From: an uncultured delta proteobacterium
Lineage (GTDB): Bacteria; Myxococcota_A; Polyangia; Fen-1088
DNA: 64,000 nt
Reading direction: 5' to 3'
Assembly (NCBI GenBank): GCA_963796685.1
Contig: CAWCMR010000025.1
Coordinates: forward strand, 672,001-736,000
The notes beneath the pieces are model-generated. The model saw only the letters and a list, made by a program, of their open reading frames with translations. It searched no databases and was not told the DNA's origin. The position numbers were made by a program, and so were the translations under genes. Numbering within the stretch: the first letter of the stretch is position 1; each line of letters begins with the position of its first letter. This document shows positions 41,733 to 52,452 of this stretch, piece after piece.

Positions 41733-43234
41733 GTCGACGCGGGGTCAATATCGCGCTCGGCACCATCGTTCTCCTCGGGCTCGTGCTGCGCGCTCTCGCC
41801 CTGCGCTATGAACCGGCCCATCACCCCGACGAGTTCTTCCAGTACCTCGAACCCGCCTGGGGCCGACTGACCGGTGCCAGCATCGAAACCTGGGAATGGC
41901 GCAGCGGCGTCCGCTCCTGGGTGCTGCCCGGCTATCACGGTGCCTGGATGGCAATCCTCATGAAGCTGGGTGTGCACGAAGGCAGCGTCATCGGCAAGAT
42001 CCTGCAGGCCCATTGGGCCTTGCTCAGCATGAGCCTGGTGTGGGCCGGATGGCGGGGAGGCATTCTGCTGACGAGGAGCTTGGCACACGGCCAAGGCCCA
42101 GCGGAAAGTTCCGCCGAAGCCGTCAGCGATCAGGCAGCGCCGGTGGGCTGGCAAGGCGGGCTCATGGGCGCACTCTTGTGCGCGGCCTTCCCGTTGCAGG
42201 TGAGGTTTTCCATCCACACCCTGAGCGAGGAGGCGTCGATCTTGTGCATGGTCTGCGCCCTGGTGCTGACGGCCGAGCTCGTCCACGCGCCAGGACCCAA
42301 GGATCGATGGCGGGCGGTGTGGATGGGCCTTCTGCTCGGGCTCGGGTTCTGCCTGCGCATTCAACACGGGCCGGTGCTTCTGTTGGCGATGCTATGGTTG
42401 CTCTTCGCCCGACGATTCGCGCTGGCGGCAGCGGCCTGCGCCGCGTTCCTCCTGCCCGTGCTGATGTTCGGGGTCGTGGATCGGCTGACCTGGGGCGGTT
42501 GGTTCGCTTCCTACATAAGCTACGTGAAATTCAACCTCATCGAAGGCGGCGCCTCGATGTTCGGCACCTTGCCGTGGAAGTGGTACTGGACGCAATTCTC
42601 CGGCCGTCTGCCCGTCGGGCTGCCTATCCTCGGCCTCTTGTGCCTGCTCGGCATCCGCCGCAACTGGCCATTCGTCGCTTCGGCCCTCGGGCTCGCGGTC
42701 CTGCTCAGCACACAGGCGCACAAGGAGGAGCGTTTTCTGATGCTCTTCTGGCCGCTCGTGCTGATCGCCGCCGCGGCGGGCGCGGGGACGTGGCTCGCGC
42801 GTAGACCGGCAGAGGTTCGCCTCGAGGGCAACCCAGCTCGGCCACGGCGTTGGCGCACGTGGGCCGTCCGCATCGCAATCCTTGCCGCCATCCCGGTCGT
42901 CCTCGCCGATGGCGCGCGCCATTGCCGAGGCAACGACTTCGGCGGTCTGTGGACCTCACGTTACGAGGCGCAGGCGTGGGCCGGAAAGCAACCCGACATG
43001 CGAGGATTGTTCCTGGATTTCTCGCTCTATACGGGCGGCTACATGTGGTTCAGCCGCAGCTTTCCCCAGCTTCACTTCGAAACGAAGCTGCTCGGCAATC
43101 CGCTGTTCAGCCACGTGCTGGCGCCGCGCGACTCCAGCGAGCGTCGCGAAGCCGAACGCGCGGGGTTCACGGAGGTCTTCAGCAAGGACGAGATGGTGGT
43201 GCTGCGCCGAAAGCCCCAGCCGACCGGCCCGTGA
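41729..43234 (+). CDS. GT-C membrane glycosyltransferase (GT22, Alg9/PIG-B-like)
   Basis: HPDEFFQYLEPA, TWEW..GVRSW and HKEERF motifs; many TM helices; GTGA overlap. Confidence 0.82.
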   Translation: MSRRGVNIALGTIVLLGLVLRALALRYEPAHHPDEFFQYLEPAWGRLTGASIETWEWRSGVRSWVLPGYHGAWMAILMKLGVHEGSVIGKILQAHWALLSMSLVWAGWRGGILLTRSLAHGQGPAESSAEAVSDQAAPVGWQGGLMGALLCAAFPLQVRFSIHTLSEEASILCMVCALVLTAELVHAPGPKDRWRAVWMGLLLGLGFCLRIQHGPVLLLAMLWLLFARRFALAAAACAAFLLPVLMFGVVDRLTWGGWFASYISYVKFNLIEGGASMFGTLPWKWYWTQFSGRLPVGLPILGLLCLLGIRRNWPFVASALGLAVLLSTQAHKEERFLMLFWPLVLIAAAAGAGTWLARRPAEVRLEGNPARPRRWRTWAVRIAILAAIPVVLADGARHCRGNDFGGLWTSRYEAQAWAGKQPDMRGLFLDFSLYTGGYMWFSRSFPQLHFETKLLGNPLFSHVLAPRDSSERREAERAGFTEVFSKDEMVVLRRKPQPTGP

Positions 43235-43236
43235 GG

Positions 43237-44982
43237 TCAGAACCGGCCTTGCGACAGCAGGCCCGGCAGAAGCTCGGCGGTGCCCATGGTCGATTGCACC
43301 GGCACGGCACCGGGCAGGGGAATGAACGACAAGGGCGCCAGATCGGACCTCGATTCGCGATGGCGATCGTAATTCATGGTGAGCAGCCAGCCAGCGACGA
43401 GGCCCAGGCCCGCGCCTACGAGAGAAAAGCGCGCCGTCCGGCTGTTGAGCGTAGCAGAGGTGTCGGCGCAGTGGGTGTTTTCAATTGTATTTCGGGTGCA
43501 GACCTCGATCGTGCTGGCGAATACAGCACCGGCAAATCCCGCCAGATCGACCATGATCACGCGTTGCCAGCTCGGACCATACACGCTCTGGTCTGGCAGA
43601 TAGGCCATGGCCAGCCCCGCGGCCAACCCCGTGTTGAGACCAACCAGCATGCCCCAGGCCAGGCGCTGCTTGATTCGGTTGCGGTAGTTGTTGTAGGCAT
43701 CGATCTCGCCCTGCGAGGAATTGCTTTGGACGCGTGAGGAACTGTCGTGCGGCGTCGCGACGGTAGCGGGATACTGCCCAATGGCGGACACGGCGATTGC
43801 GCCAGCCACGGTGCCGAGGAGCGCCGAGCTTTGGATGAGTGCCACCCGTCCGTAGTTCGGCGACAAATCATCCAGCCACCATCCTGCAAAGGCCCCTGCG
43901 GTCAGCCCGGCGGCACCGCCGAACCAGGTCGCTGTCCAACTTTGGCTAAGCCCCATGGCGAGAGTAGCGCCTTCAACGTCCCCAACCCACATTGATCCGA
44001 TACGAAACAGGGCCAAGTTGTCCCTAATGTAGCTCGGCACCAGCGGCGTCGTGGATGAGAGCACACCGAGCCCCAAGCCGCCCGCAAGCATCCCGGCACC
44101 GAAGAGCGAAATCGAAAGCGACGCATGAAGATTTCCCGGATCACCTTGCGTGAGTACCGCTAGCCCGCCGCCCACCGCGCCGATGCCGGTCCAAAAGCCG
44201 ATGAGCTCTGGCCGGCCGGAGCGCTGCACGTAGGTCAGGGGAAAGTCGACCATGCGCTCTTCGCCAGGCCCAAGCGTGATGGTCTCGCGCTTGGGTTGGT
44301 AATAGGCGGCCTCAGCGTAGATTTCGTAGTTCCCCGGGGGGACATCCTGTGCGTAGGGGTTCTGCGCGCGGTTGCCGCGCACGAACAGCGCCGCACCGGG
44401 CGGGTTCGTGTGGATGGTCAAGTGCGCGGGAATGGGTTCCAGCTTGAAGAACAACGGCTTGGTTTCGCCGACGTCGATGGACAGCTCGCGCGTTTCGCTG
44501 CCGAAGTTCGTCTTGGACACGGTCACGCGGTAGTGACCGCGTCGGATGCGGAATTCGTTGGGCGCCTGACCGGCGACGACCGTGCCCTGGCCTTCGATGC
44601 GTACGTCCACATCGTCGGGCACGGTGTTGATGACGAACACGCCGGGCCTGCGATTGATGGCCTCCAGGCGCAGGCGCGCCAGATCGGCCAAATCGCCCTC
44701 CTTCTGCTCGGCTAGGTAGGCCAGGTAGTGCTTGCGCGCGTTCACGAGCTGCCCCAGGTGGTACTCGCACTGGGCGATCATGAAGATGTTCTCTTTCTTG
44801 GGCGCGATCTCGTTGGCGAGCTGGAATTCCACCAGCGCCTGCTCCTTGTTGCCCGACTCGAAAAGGCTGACGCCCGCGTCGTAGTGTGCGTGCGCGCGTT
44901 CGAGGGCACTCGGCTCCTGCGCCGCCGGCGCAGGGCCTTGCAAGAGAAACAACAAGACGAGCGAGCTGACCAGAACGCGCAC
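43237..44982 (-). CDS. TPR plus PEGA-domain exported/membrane protein
   Basis: Signal peptide, TPR, two PEGA-like units (INTVPDDVDVRIEG; IHTNPPGAALFV), hydrophobic C-terminus. Confidence 0.8.
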   Translation of the reverse strand: MRVLVSSLVLLFLLQGPAPAAQEPSALERAHAHYDAGVSLFESGNKEQALVEFQLANEIAPKKENIFMIAQCEYHLGQLVNARKHYLAYLAEQKEGDLADLARLRLEAINRRPGVFVINTVPDDVDVRIEGQGTVVAGQAPNEFRIRRGHYRVTVSKTNFGSETRELSIDVGETKPLFFKLEPIPAHLTIHTNPPGAALFVRGNRAQNPYAQDVPPGNYEIYAEAAYYQPKRETITLGPGEERMVDFPLTYVQRSGRPELIGFWTGIGAVGGGLAVLTQGDPGNLHASLSISLFGAGMLAGGLGLGVLSSTTPLVPSYIRDNLALFRIGSMWVGDVEGATLAMGLSQSWTATWFGGAAGLTAGAFAGWWLDDLSPNYGRVALIQSSALLGTVAGAIAVSAIGQYPATVATPHDSSSRVQSNSSQGEIDAYNNYRNRIKQRLAWGMLVGLNTGLAAGLAMAYLPDQSVYGPSWQRVIMVDLAGFAGAVFASTIEVCTRNTIENTHCADTSATLNSRTARFSLVGAGLGLVAGWLLTMNYDRHRESRSDLAPLSFIPLPGAVPVQSTMGTAELLPGLLSQGRF

Positions 44983-46355
44983 TAGGGGATCCTGGGCGCA
45001 GTATAGGGCGAAGGCGCAATCTTGTCGTCCGCCTTGGTCTTCTTGGGCGAAGCCTCTTGCACGACCGCCGCCGGACGGGCCGGACGGCCCTTGATCGCGT
45101 GACGGATCCGCTCACTTGATGGGGCGACTGTCGGCGGTTCGATGGCGGGCCTTGTGAGCCCGGACACAGGCGGCGAGGGTGGGCTGACCTTGGGCGCGCG
45201 CGGGAGGGGCGCGGCCATGGCCTTGACCGCGGAAGGTGTCTTGCCACCACGGGCGAGCACGGCCGCGCTGCCGATGCCCAGCGCAAAGACCGCGGCCACG
45301 CCGAGGTGCCAGGGCCAGCGACGACGGGCGCGCGGCGCCGAGCCCGATTCGGCCCCCCCATCGAGGGTGATGTCCACGTCCCCGGCCAGAAGGCGCTCCA
45401 TGTCCTGCTCGAAGGCCGCCATGTGCTGGTAGCGTCGCGCGCGGTCCTTTTCCAGCCCGTGCATCACCATGCGGTCCACCGCCTCTGGAATACCGAGCTG
45501 GGGCGCAAGGCCGAGGGTGGTTGGATCTCCCTGTTCTGGATCTGCGCGATGACACCGAGGTAGTTGGTGCCGCGGAAGGGGGAGCTCGCCGGTCAGGCAC
45601 TCGTAGAGGATGAGCGCGGCGGCCCAGATGTCGGCGCGCGCGTCGATGTCCTCACTGCCACCCGCCTGCTCGGGCGACATGAAGAGCGGCGTGCCCAGCA
45701 CGGCGCCGGTGCGGGTGAGCCGCTGCCAATCGCTGCCTGCCTCCTCTTGGGTGCGCACGGCCTTGGACACGCCGAAATCCACGACCTTCACGAAGTCCAG
45801 GTCGCCGCGGCGGACGAGATAGACATTCTCGGGCTTCACGTCTCGGTGGACGATGCCCTTGGCGTGGGCAGCAGCGAGCGCGCTCGACACCTGTTTGACG
45901 ATGGCCAAGCTGCGTTCGACCGGCAGGGGCGCATCGCGCATGATGAGCTCGGACAGCGGCTCACCTTCGAGGAATTCCATCACCACGAAGGCGCGTCCGT
46001 CGCGCGTGGTGCCGAAGTCGGTGACATCGACGATGTTCTGGTGGCCGATGGAGCTGGCCAGCCGTGCCTCTTGCAGAAGGCGGGCGATGAATTCCTCGTT
46101 CTCGAGGAATTTTTCCAGCAGCACCTTGATGGCCACGCGCTTGCCGATGATGCTGTGCTTGGCCTCGTAGACCGCGCCCATGCCGCCCTCGCCGATGCGG
46201 CGAATGATTTCGTACCGCTCGGCCAGCGTGGTCCCCACCAGGGAATCGAACTTGGCCCCGACCGGCGCGGGCGCGGGCACAGGTGGACCTGCCGCTTCGG
46301 CGTGCGGCACGGTGTTCATCAGCGAGGGATCGGTCTCGGTCACGGTTTGGCGCAT
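44982..46355 (-). CDS. Membrane Ser/Thr protein kinase
   Basis: IGEGGMGAVY, VAIK, HRDVKPEN, DFG, GTPLFMSPEQ; local compensated frameshift at 45500-45582. Confidence 0.93.
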   Translation of the reverse strand: MRQTVTETDPSLMNTVPHAEAAGPPVPAPAPVGAKFDSLVGTTLAERYEIIRRIGEGGMGAVYEAKHSIIGKRVAIKVLLEKFLENEEFIARLLQEARLASSIGHQNIVDVTDFGTTRDGRAFVVMEFLEGEPLSELIMRDAPLPVERSLAIVKQVSSALAAAHAKGIVHRDVKPENVYLVRRGDLDFVKVVDFGVSKAVRTQEEAGSDWQRLTRTGAVLGTPLFMSPEQAGGSEDIDARADIWAAALILYECLTGELPLPRHQLPRCHRADPEQGDPTTLGLAPQLGIPEAVDRMVMHGLEKDRARRYQHMAAFEQDMERLLAGDVDITLDGGAESGSAPRARRRWPWHLGVAAVFALGIGSAAVLARGGKTPSAVKAMAAPLPRAPKVSPPSPPVSGLTRPAIEPPTVAPSSERIRHAIKGRPARPAAVVQEASPKKTKADDKIAPSPYTAPRIP

Positions 46356-46486
46356 TGTAGCGCCGAAACATCCCGGGGGCACGCGCGCAGATGCTGCCGA
46401 ATCCGCGGCGCGGGCTACGCCGTCGGGGCTTCCCTTGCCGCATGTCCACCGCTTGATTGCAGGGTCCACCGTGGTAGGAAGCTGCC

Positions 46487-48358
46487 ATGCCTCACTACCG
46501 ATCACGCACCTCGACCTTCGGCCGCAACATGGCTGGCGCGCGCGCCCTTTGGCGCGCCACCGGCATGAAAGACGGAGACTTCGGCAAGCCCATCATCGCC
46601 GTGGTGAACAGCTTCACCCAGTTCGTTCCCGGTCATGTCCATCTCAAGGATCTGGGACAAATGGTCGCGCGAGAGATCGAGGCCGCCGGTGGCGTGGCCA
46701 AGGAATTCGACACCATCGCCATCGACGACGGCATCGCCATGGGCCACGACGGCATGCTGTATTCGCTGCCCTCGCGCGAGCTCATCGCCGATAGCGTCGA
46801 GTACATGGTCAACGCCCACTGCGCCGACGCCATGGTGTGCATTTCCAACTGCGACAAGATCACGCCCGGCATGCTCATGGCGGCCCTGCGCTTGAACGTC
46901 CCGGCCGTGTTCGTGTCGGGCGGCCCCATGGAGGCGGGCAAGGTCAAGCCGCCGAGCCAGGCCGGCAAAGACGGAGGCAAGGAGGTTCACGTCGATCTGA
47001 TCGACGCTATGGTCAAGGCTGGCGATGCCTCGGTGTCCGACGCCGACGTGGCCGAATACGAGCGCTCGGCGTGCCCCACCTGCGGCTCGTGCTCGGGCAT
47101 GTTCACCGCCAATTCCATGAACTGTCTGACCGAGGCCCTCGGCCTGTCCTTGCCCGGCAACGGCACCTTGGTCGCCACGCACGCCGATCGCAAGGCGTTG
47201 TTCCTGCGCGCCGGGCGGGTCGCGGTCGAGCTGTGCAAGCGCTATTACGAGAAGGACGACGCGTCCGCTTTGCCCCGCTCCATCGCCACCTTCGAGGCGT
47301 TCCAAAACGCCATGTCGCTGGACGTGGCCATGGGCGGCTCGACCAACACCGTGCTGCACCTGCTTGCCTGCGCGCAGGAGGCCGAGGTGAAGTTCACCAT
47401 GGCCGACATCGACAAGATCTCGCGCAAGGTGCCCTGTCTGTGCAAAGTGGCGCCGTCGACGGCCAAGTACCACGTCGAGGACGTGCACCGTGCCGGCGGC
47501 GTGTTCGGAATTTTGGCCGAGCTCGACCGCGCCGGGCTGATTCATGGCCAAGTGCCCACCGTGCACAGCAAGACCATCGGCGAGGCGATCGCCGAGTGGG
47601 ATGCGGCCACCAGCAAGGATTTGTCGGTGCGCACCTTCTATTCCGCGTCGCCTGGCGGCATCCCGACCCAAGAGGCATTCAGCCAAGACCGTCGCTTCGA
47701 TACGCTCGATTTGGATCGAAAAGAGGGCTGCATCCGCGACAAGGCGCACGCCTATTCGCAAGATGGGGGCCTGGCCGTGCTCTACGGCAACCTGGCGGAG
47801 AAGGGCTGCATCGTAAAGACCGCGGGCGTCGACGAATCGATCTGGAAATTTTCGGGCAAGGCGCGCGTGTTCGAGAGCCAGGACGAATCGGTCGAGGCCA
47901 TCCTGGGCGGCAAGGTCGCGGCCGGCGACGTGGTGGTCATTCGCTACGAAGGCCCCAAGGGCGGTCCCGGCATGCAGGAGATGCTCTATCCCACGAGCTA
48001 TCTCAAGTCGCGCGGGCTCGGCAAGGCTTGCGCCCTACTCACCGACGGGCGTTTCTCGGGCGGCACGGCCGGTCTGTCCATCGGTCACGTCTCGCCCGAG
48101 GCAGCCTGTGGCGGCGCCATCGCGCTCATCGAAGAGGGCGACACCATCGACATCGACATTCCCAATCGGCGCATCCACCTGGCCATCGGCGAGCAAGACC
48201 TGCAAAGGCGTCGCGCCGCCATGGAGGATCGCAAGGCCATGGCGTGGAAACCCAAGGCCCGCAAGCGCCAGGTTTCAGCCGCCTTGCGCGCCTACGCTGC
48301 CATGACCACCAGCGCCGACACCGGAGCGGTCCGGGACATCTCCCAGTTGAAGAGCTAG
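46487..48358 (+). CDS. ilvD: Dihydroxy-acid dehydratase
   Basis: [58 protein letters not shown]. Confidence 0.97.
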   Translation: MPHYRSRTSTFGRNMAGARALWRATGMKDGDFGKPIIAVVNSFTQFVPGHVHLKDLGQMVAREIEAAGGVAKEFDTIAIDDGIAMGHDGMLYSLPSRELIADSVEYMVNAHCADAMVCISNCDKITPGMLMAALRLNVPAVFVSGGPMEAGKVKPPSQAGKDGGKEVHVDLIDAMVKAGDASVSDADVAEYERSACPTCGSCSGMFTANSMNCLTEALGLSLPGNGTLVATHADRKALFLRAGRVAVELCKRYYEKDDASALPRSIATFEAFQNAMSLDVAMGGSTNTVLHLLACAQEAEVKFTMADIDKISRKVPCLCKVAPSTAKYHVEDVHRAGGVFGILAELDRAGLIHGQVPTVHSKTIGEAIAEWDAATSKDLSVRTFYSASPGGIPTQEAFSQDRRFDTLDLDRKEGCIRDKAHAYSQDGGLAVLYGNLAEKGCIVKTAGVDESIWKFSGKARVFESQDESVEAILGGKVAAGDVVVIRYEGPKGGPGMQEMLYPTSYLKSRGLGKACALLTDGRFSGGTAGLSIGHVSPEAACGGAIALIEEGDTIDIDIPNRRIHLAIGEQDLQRRRAAMEDRKAMAWKPKARKRQVSAALRAYAAMTTSADTGAVRDISQLKS

Positions 48359-48370
48359 AGCGGTCGAGAG

Positions 48371-48751
48371 CTAGCAGGCGGGCGCCGCCGCTTCGTCGGT
48401 GCGGAGGGCAGCGTTCATCAAGAGCAGGGCCGTGGGGGCGCCAATCTCGTCGGCGGCGGATGGAAGCTCCTCCTGGGTAAAGGCGAAGTACCCGCTCTCC
48501 CAGGACAAGAGCTCGTAGATGGCGGCTCGATTCACGCGACGCGAGCCTTCGATGCGTGCGGAGATGGCCTGACCGCCGCGAAGCCAAACCCGGCCCATCT
48601 TGCCGCCAGCCACAATGAGGAGCTGGCCAGAACGCCGCTCGAGGTCCAAGAAGCTCAAGATGGTTGCGAAACCGAACTGCTCGAGACGGCCGCGCAACCC
48701 AGCATCATGTCGGGTAGTGGTGGAGGTTTGCCGAAGCCTTGCCCGTGCCAT
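48371..48751 (-). CDS. Stand-alone DUF4388 protein
   Basis: LRGRLEQFGFATILSFL...SGQL...LLSWESGYFAF...LLMNAALRTDE. Confidence 0.85.
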   Translation of the reverse strand: MARARLRQTSTTTRHDAGLRGRLEQFGFATILSFLDLERRSGQLLIVAGGKMGRVWLRGGQAISARIEGSRRVNRAAIYELLSWESGYFAFTQEELPSAADEIGAPTALLLMNAALRTDEAAAPAC

Positions 48752-48850
48752 GCGGAGAGTTGACCCTACTCACGCGTCCACCGCAAATTAACGATGCCGC
48801 GGCGCATCCCTGCAACGAGCCGCGCGCCCCATGTCGGTGGCGCGCTCGAA

Positions 48851-50269
48851 TCATGGCCGAACGTCCGGCGTAGCCGTGAGCGGCTGCGGAGGCTGGCTGG
48901 CCTTGTGCTGCTCTTCACTGTAGGCCCAAGCCGAGGCTGTGCCGGTATCGGGAAGCTCGATCGCGGCAAACGAGAGGGGAGGGAAGGTGAAGGTCGGTGC
49001 TGCCGGCGTGCCCGTGACCTGGAACGTGAGCATGGCAGGGACGTCGTTCCAGTTTACGACGATGGCCTGGGTTCCAGTGTCCGTCTGGTTGCGGCTGGCG
49101 TAGGCGCGAATCCCATCGGGCATCGAAGTCACCGAAAGCAGCGTGGGCCCGAAGTGGGTCGCATACAGGTCGAGGGCCCAGTAGGAAGGCTGGGGCTGGC
49201 CGCCCGAGGACGCGAACAGGCCCAAGGTCCACCCCTCGCGGGTGCTCCAAAACACGGTTGCCCACAGGCCGTTTTGCAGTCCCTCGCCGAAGGTGTCCGC
49301 CGCCCACAGCCCCGCCGGGACCGTGCCTGGCGACGCGGGCAACGTGCTCTTGGCCGGGTCGCCATCCCAGGTGATGTTCGCCTCGGTGATGGCGAGTGGT
49401 TTGTCGCCCGCTCCGGCAAGCTGCATGATCCCGCGAACGTGGACGATGGTGTCGTTGAGGTTGGTTGCATCCACGGCGGCGTTCGCCACGCTCGTCTGGG
49501 TGGGATCGATGGGGTAGCGGTGGATCGTGACGACGTCGAAGAGCGCGCCACAGGTTTGCAGGATCGGCGTGAGCCAGTCGTTGGCGTTCGACTGGTATTT
49601 CCAGGAAAGCTCAGGTCCCAGGATCTGAATCGTGGGATCGACCGCTTTCATCGCGGTCACGTAAGCCGACGCCGAGGCACAGAAGGCCGCGGGCGTATAC
49701 CCCGGGATGCCCTTGGTCGTGCCCGTGGCGTCCGGGTAGAGATCCGGCTCGTTGCCAATCGAGAAGTACTTGATGCCGTACCCCATGGTCACGTTGGCAT
49801 AGGTCACCATGCCCGCCGCCGTGTCCGCGGATGCCGGGGTGCCAGATTTGTCGGCGGCGAGCAGTGGCACCTGCAGGATCGGTTCCGCCGAGATGGCATG
49901 GGCATAGGCCATGGCCAGGTCGATCTGCTTGTCGTCGAAAGTGTCGGGCGTGTTGGCGTCGTTGTTGTAGCCCCCGATGCGCATGACCCGGGGCGCCAGG
50001 GCAAGGACCTGCGCCTCGGTCCCGGCCACCAGGTTCCCCCAGGTGGGCGACCACTGCCAGTAGCTCGTGCCAAGCCCGGTGGTTGGTCGAGGCGTCCGCG
50101 TCGCAGTGGAGATCACGACGCTGCCTTGCATGGGCGGCGCAGCATCGGGAGCTCCCTCCGCTCTGCTGGCATCGTGAACCGCGGTCGGCGTCGCGGCGCA
50201 TCCAAGACCGCCAGCGCAGAAGGACAGAAAAAAGGAAAGCTCCAGCAATGAGCGAAACCACAGGGACAT
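48851..50269 (-). CDS. Clan GH-A glycoside hydrolase lipoprotein (GH44/GH79-like)
   Basis: Lipobox GLGC; MRIGG, FSIGNEPD, AMKAVDPTIQI.GP, TIHRYP, LAITE. Confidence 0.75.
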   Translation of the reverse strand: MSLWFRSLLELSFFLSFCAGGLGCAATPTAVHDASRAEGAPDAAPPMQGSVVISTATRTPRPTTGLGTSYWQWSPTWGNLVAGTEAQVLALAPRVMRIGGYNNDANTPDTFDDKQIDLAMAYAHAISAEPILQVPLLAADKSGTPASADTAAGMVTYANVTMGYGIKYFSIGNEPDLYPDATGTTKGIPGYTPAAFCASASAYVTAMKAVDPTIQILGPELSWKYQSNANDWLTPILQTCGALFDVVTIHRYPIDPTQTSVANAAVDATNLNDTIVHVRGIMQLAGAGDKPLAITEANITWDGDPAKSTLPASPGTVPAGLWAADTFGEGLQNGLWATVFWSTREGWTLGLFASSGGQPQPSYWALDLYATHFGPTLLSVTSMPDGIRAYASRNQTDTGTQAIVVNWNDVPAMLTFQVTGTPAAPTFTFPPLSFAAIELPDTGTASAWAYSEEQHKASQPPQPLTATPDVRP

Positions 50270-50395
50270 TCACCGAGTATGGCCTGCACGGCGTGGACAA
50301 ATCTTCGCATTTTGTGGGTCAGCCATCGCAAGTCTCGCTTGTCAGTGGCCACGGACGAGCGCCGAGGGCATGCTGCCCATGCTACGCTGGAGACC

Positions 50396-51244
50396 GTGTC
50401 GGGGGCGATCTACCAACCCTTTCCCATGGCGACCGCGGCCCGCGCGCAAATTTGGCGGCATGCCCCAGCGACACGACGCCCGCGCCACTTCCACGCCGAG
50501 CCGGAAATGAACCTGGTCGCGGCCGGGAGCGCAAGGTTTGGGGTGGGAGAGATGGTGCTCTCGGTGGTCGAGGGCGACCTGCTGTGGTGGCCGCCAGGAC
50601 AAGACCACGAGCTGCTCGAAGCCTCGCTCGATTTCGACCTGTTCGTCATCGGTGTCACGGCCGAGTTTTCGCTGCGCGTGCTCGCCAGTGGCAGGGAGGT
50701 CGCAACCACTGGTCCGGTGCACTTTCGTCTACCGCAAACCGCGCTCGCCGATTTTTGCGACATTTGCGCCGCACCCGTCAACCCGCTCGATATTCCGAGC
50801 ATCGAGCGACGCGTCGGGGATCTTTGGCGCGAGGCCCATGTGCTGAGGAGCTCCTCGAACACGATGCACACCCTGACCCGTCGAACGCTCTTGTCGCTCG
50901 CCGAACAGCCGGAGCTCGCCCGCGCCGACGTGGCCCACCTGGTTCGTGCCTACCCGAGTGAGATCAGTCGGCACTTCCACAAAGACATGGGCCTCACCCT
51001 CTCGGCCTACCGCACCCGACTGCGACTCATGCGCTTCATTCAAACAGTCGACGGCGGAGCCGAGAATCTCCTGGCCGCGGCGCTTGCCGCCGGATACGGC
51101 AGTTACTCGCAATGCCACCGGACCTTCCAGCAGAATTTCGGATGCACGCCGCGCGCGTTCTTTGGAACTGCACTGCGCACCCGGATGCAGGAAGCCTTTT
51201 CGCCGTGGGTCTCGCCGGAGCCATTGTCGCCAAGCACAGAATGA
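50396..51244 (+). CDS. AraC-family transcriptional regulator
   Basis: HFHAEPE cupin motif; SRHFHKDMG...YR...GYGSYSQCHRTF...GCTPR; start uncertain. Confidence 0.9.
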   Translation: MSGAIYQPFPMATAARAQIWRHAPATRRPRHFHAEPEMNLVAAGSARFGVGEMVLSVVEGDLLWWPPGQDHELLEASLDFDLFVIGVTAEFSLRVLASGREVATTGPVHFRLPQTALADFCDICAAPVNPLDIPSIERRVGDLWREAHVLRSSSNTMHTLTRRTLLSLAEQPELARADVAHLVRAYPSEISRHFHKDMGLTLSAYRTRLRLMRFIQTVDGGAENLLAAALAAGYGSYSQCHRTFQQNFGCTPRAFFGTALRTRMQEAFSPWVSPEPLSPSTE

Positions 51245-51348
51245 CCCACACGGGTCGCCGTGGAAGGTAAGTCGAATCCGTATTCGGACCTGTTTTGATG
51301 TAAATTGCCGGCTTCGGGTCCGAGCTTGGACTATTGCGAGGTCATAGT

Positions 51349-52452
51349 ATGAGAGCCATGGCGGCATTGTTCCTGTTCGCCGGATTGCTCGTGGGGCTGG
51401 CCTGGCCGGCGGAAATCGCGCACGCGGCGGATGCCGCCACCGAAGAGGCGCGCCAGCATTTTCTCAAGGGCCAGCAACTCTTCGACGTTGGTCGTTGGGA
51501 CGAGGCGGCCGAGGAGTTCGAGAAGGCCTATTCGCTGCGAGGCGATCCGTCCTTCATCTACAACATGGCGCAGGCATATCGTCGCAAGGGGGACGCCAAA
51601 CGCGCTCTGGATCTGTACAAGAACTACCTGATCAAGGCGCCCAAGAGCCCGCAACGCGCGGAAGTCGAGAATCGCGTTCAGGCTCTGCAGAAACAAATCG
51701 AGGAGGCCGAGTACCGGGTCGGACCGCCGACTCCGTCAGTCCCCAGCGCCACCTTGCCCACCCAAGCTCCGCCGGCTGCCGCGCCCCCGCCCGCGCCGAC
51801 CTCCCCTGCGGCGCCGGTCGCCGCGCCCCCACCCGCACCGACCTCCACTATGGCACCGGCCGCCGCGCCCCCACCCGCACCGGTCCCCGCAGTGCCCGTG
51901 CCCGCACCGCAGCTGACACCTCAACCCGCCGCAGCCGTGGCACCGGCGCCCGCACCCGAGCGAGCCGTCTACGCACCGGTCGCGCAACCCGTGCAGGGCG
52001 GCTATCCGGCGCCCGCGTCAGTGCCGGGGAGCGGGTATTCCTATCCATCGGCTGTCGCGCCCATCGCGCCGCGCGCGCAGCCCGGTTTCGTCCAGGTCGA
52101 GGCGACGCCGGTGCCCGAGACCGAAGGTGCTGGTCACGGACTGCGCGTGGGCGGTATCGTTTGCGGCTCCGCAGGCGTGGCCGCGATCGGCGCCGGCATT
52201 TTTTTCGGAGCGGAGGCCAGCGCTTACTCCAGGTCCGTCGAAAGCGGGTCCGTCTTCAACCCGAATTTCGACAGTAGGGGCAAGCTCTACGAAACCTTGC
52301 AGTGGGTGGGCTACGGCATCGGTGCGGGCCTGATTGCAACGGGCGCCACGCTTTACATCATCGGGGCGGTTTCGGCCAATTCACGGAAGGTCGCGCTCGC
52401 GCCCACCGTTTTTCCGGGTGGGGCCGGTCTTGGCGCACGAGGGGAATTCTGA
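51349..52452 (+). CDS. Exported TPR protein with Pro/Ala-rich linker
   Basis: Signal peptide, TPR (FEKAY...YNMAQAYR), AAPPPAP repeats, two hydrophobic helices. Confidence 0.85.
   Translation: MRAMAALFLFAGLLVGLAWPAEIAHAADAATEEARQHFLKGQQLFDVGRWDEAAEEFEKAYSLRGDPSFIYNMAQAYRRKGDAKRALDLYKNYLIKAPKSPQRAEVENRVQALQKQIEEAEYRVGPPTPSVPSATLPTQAPPAAAPPPAPTSPAAPVAAPPPAPTSTMAPAAAPPPAPVPAVPVPAPQLTPQPAAAVAPAPAPERAVYAPVAQPVQGGYPAPASVPGSGYSYPSAVAPIAPRAQPGFVQVEATPVPETEGAGHGLRVGGIVCGSAGVAAIGAGIFFGAEASAYSRSVESGSVFNPNFDSRGKLYETLQWVGYGIGAGLIATGATLYIIGAVSANSRKVALAPTVFPGGAGLGARGEF

Noticed and set aside
51730-51960. Pro/Ala repeats, and the Gly-rich repeats at 55840-55910, as DNA repeat elements
   Set aside because: They are low-complexity protein linkers within intact ORFs.
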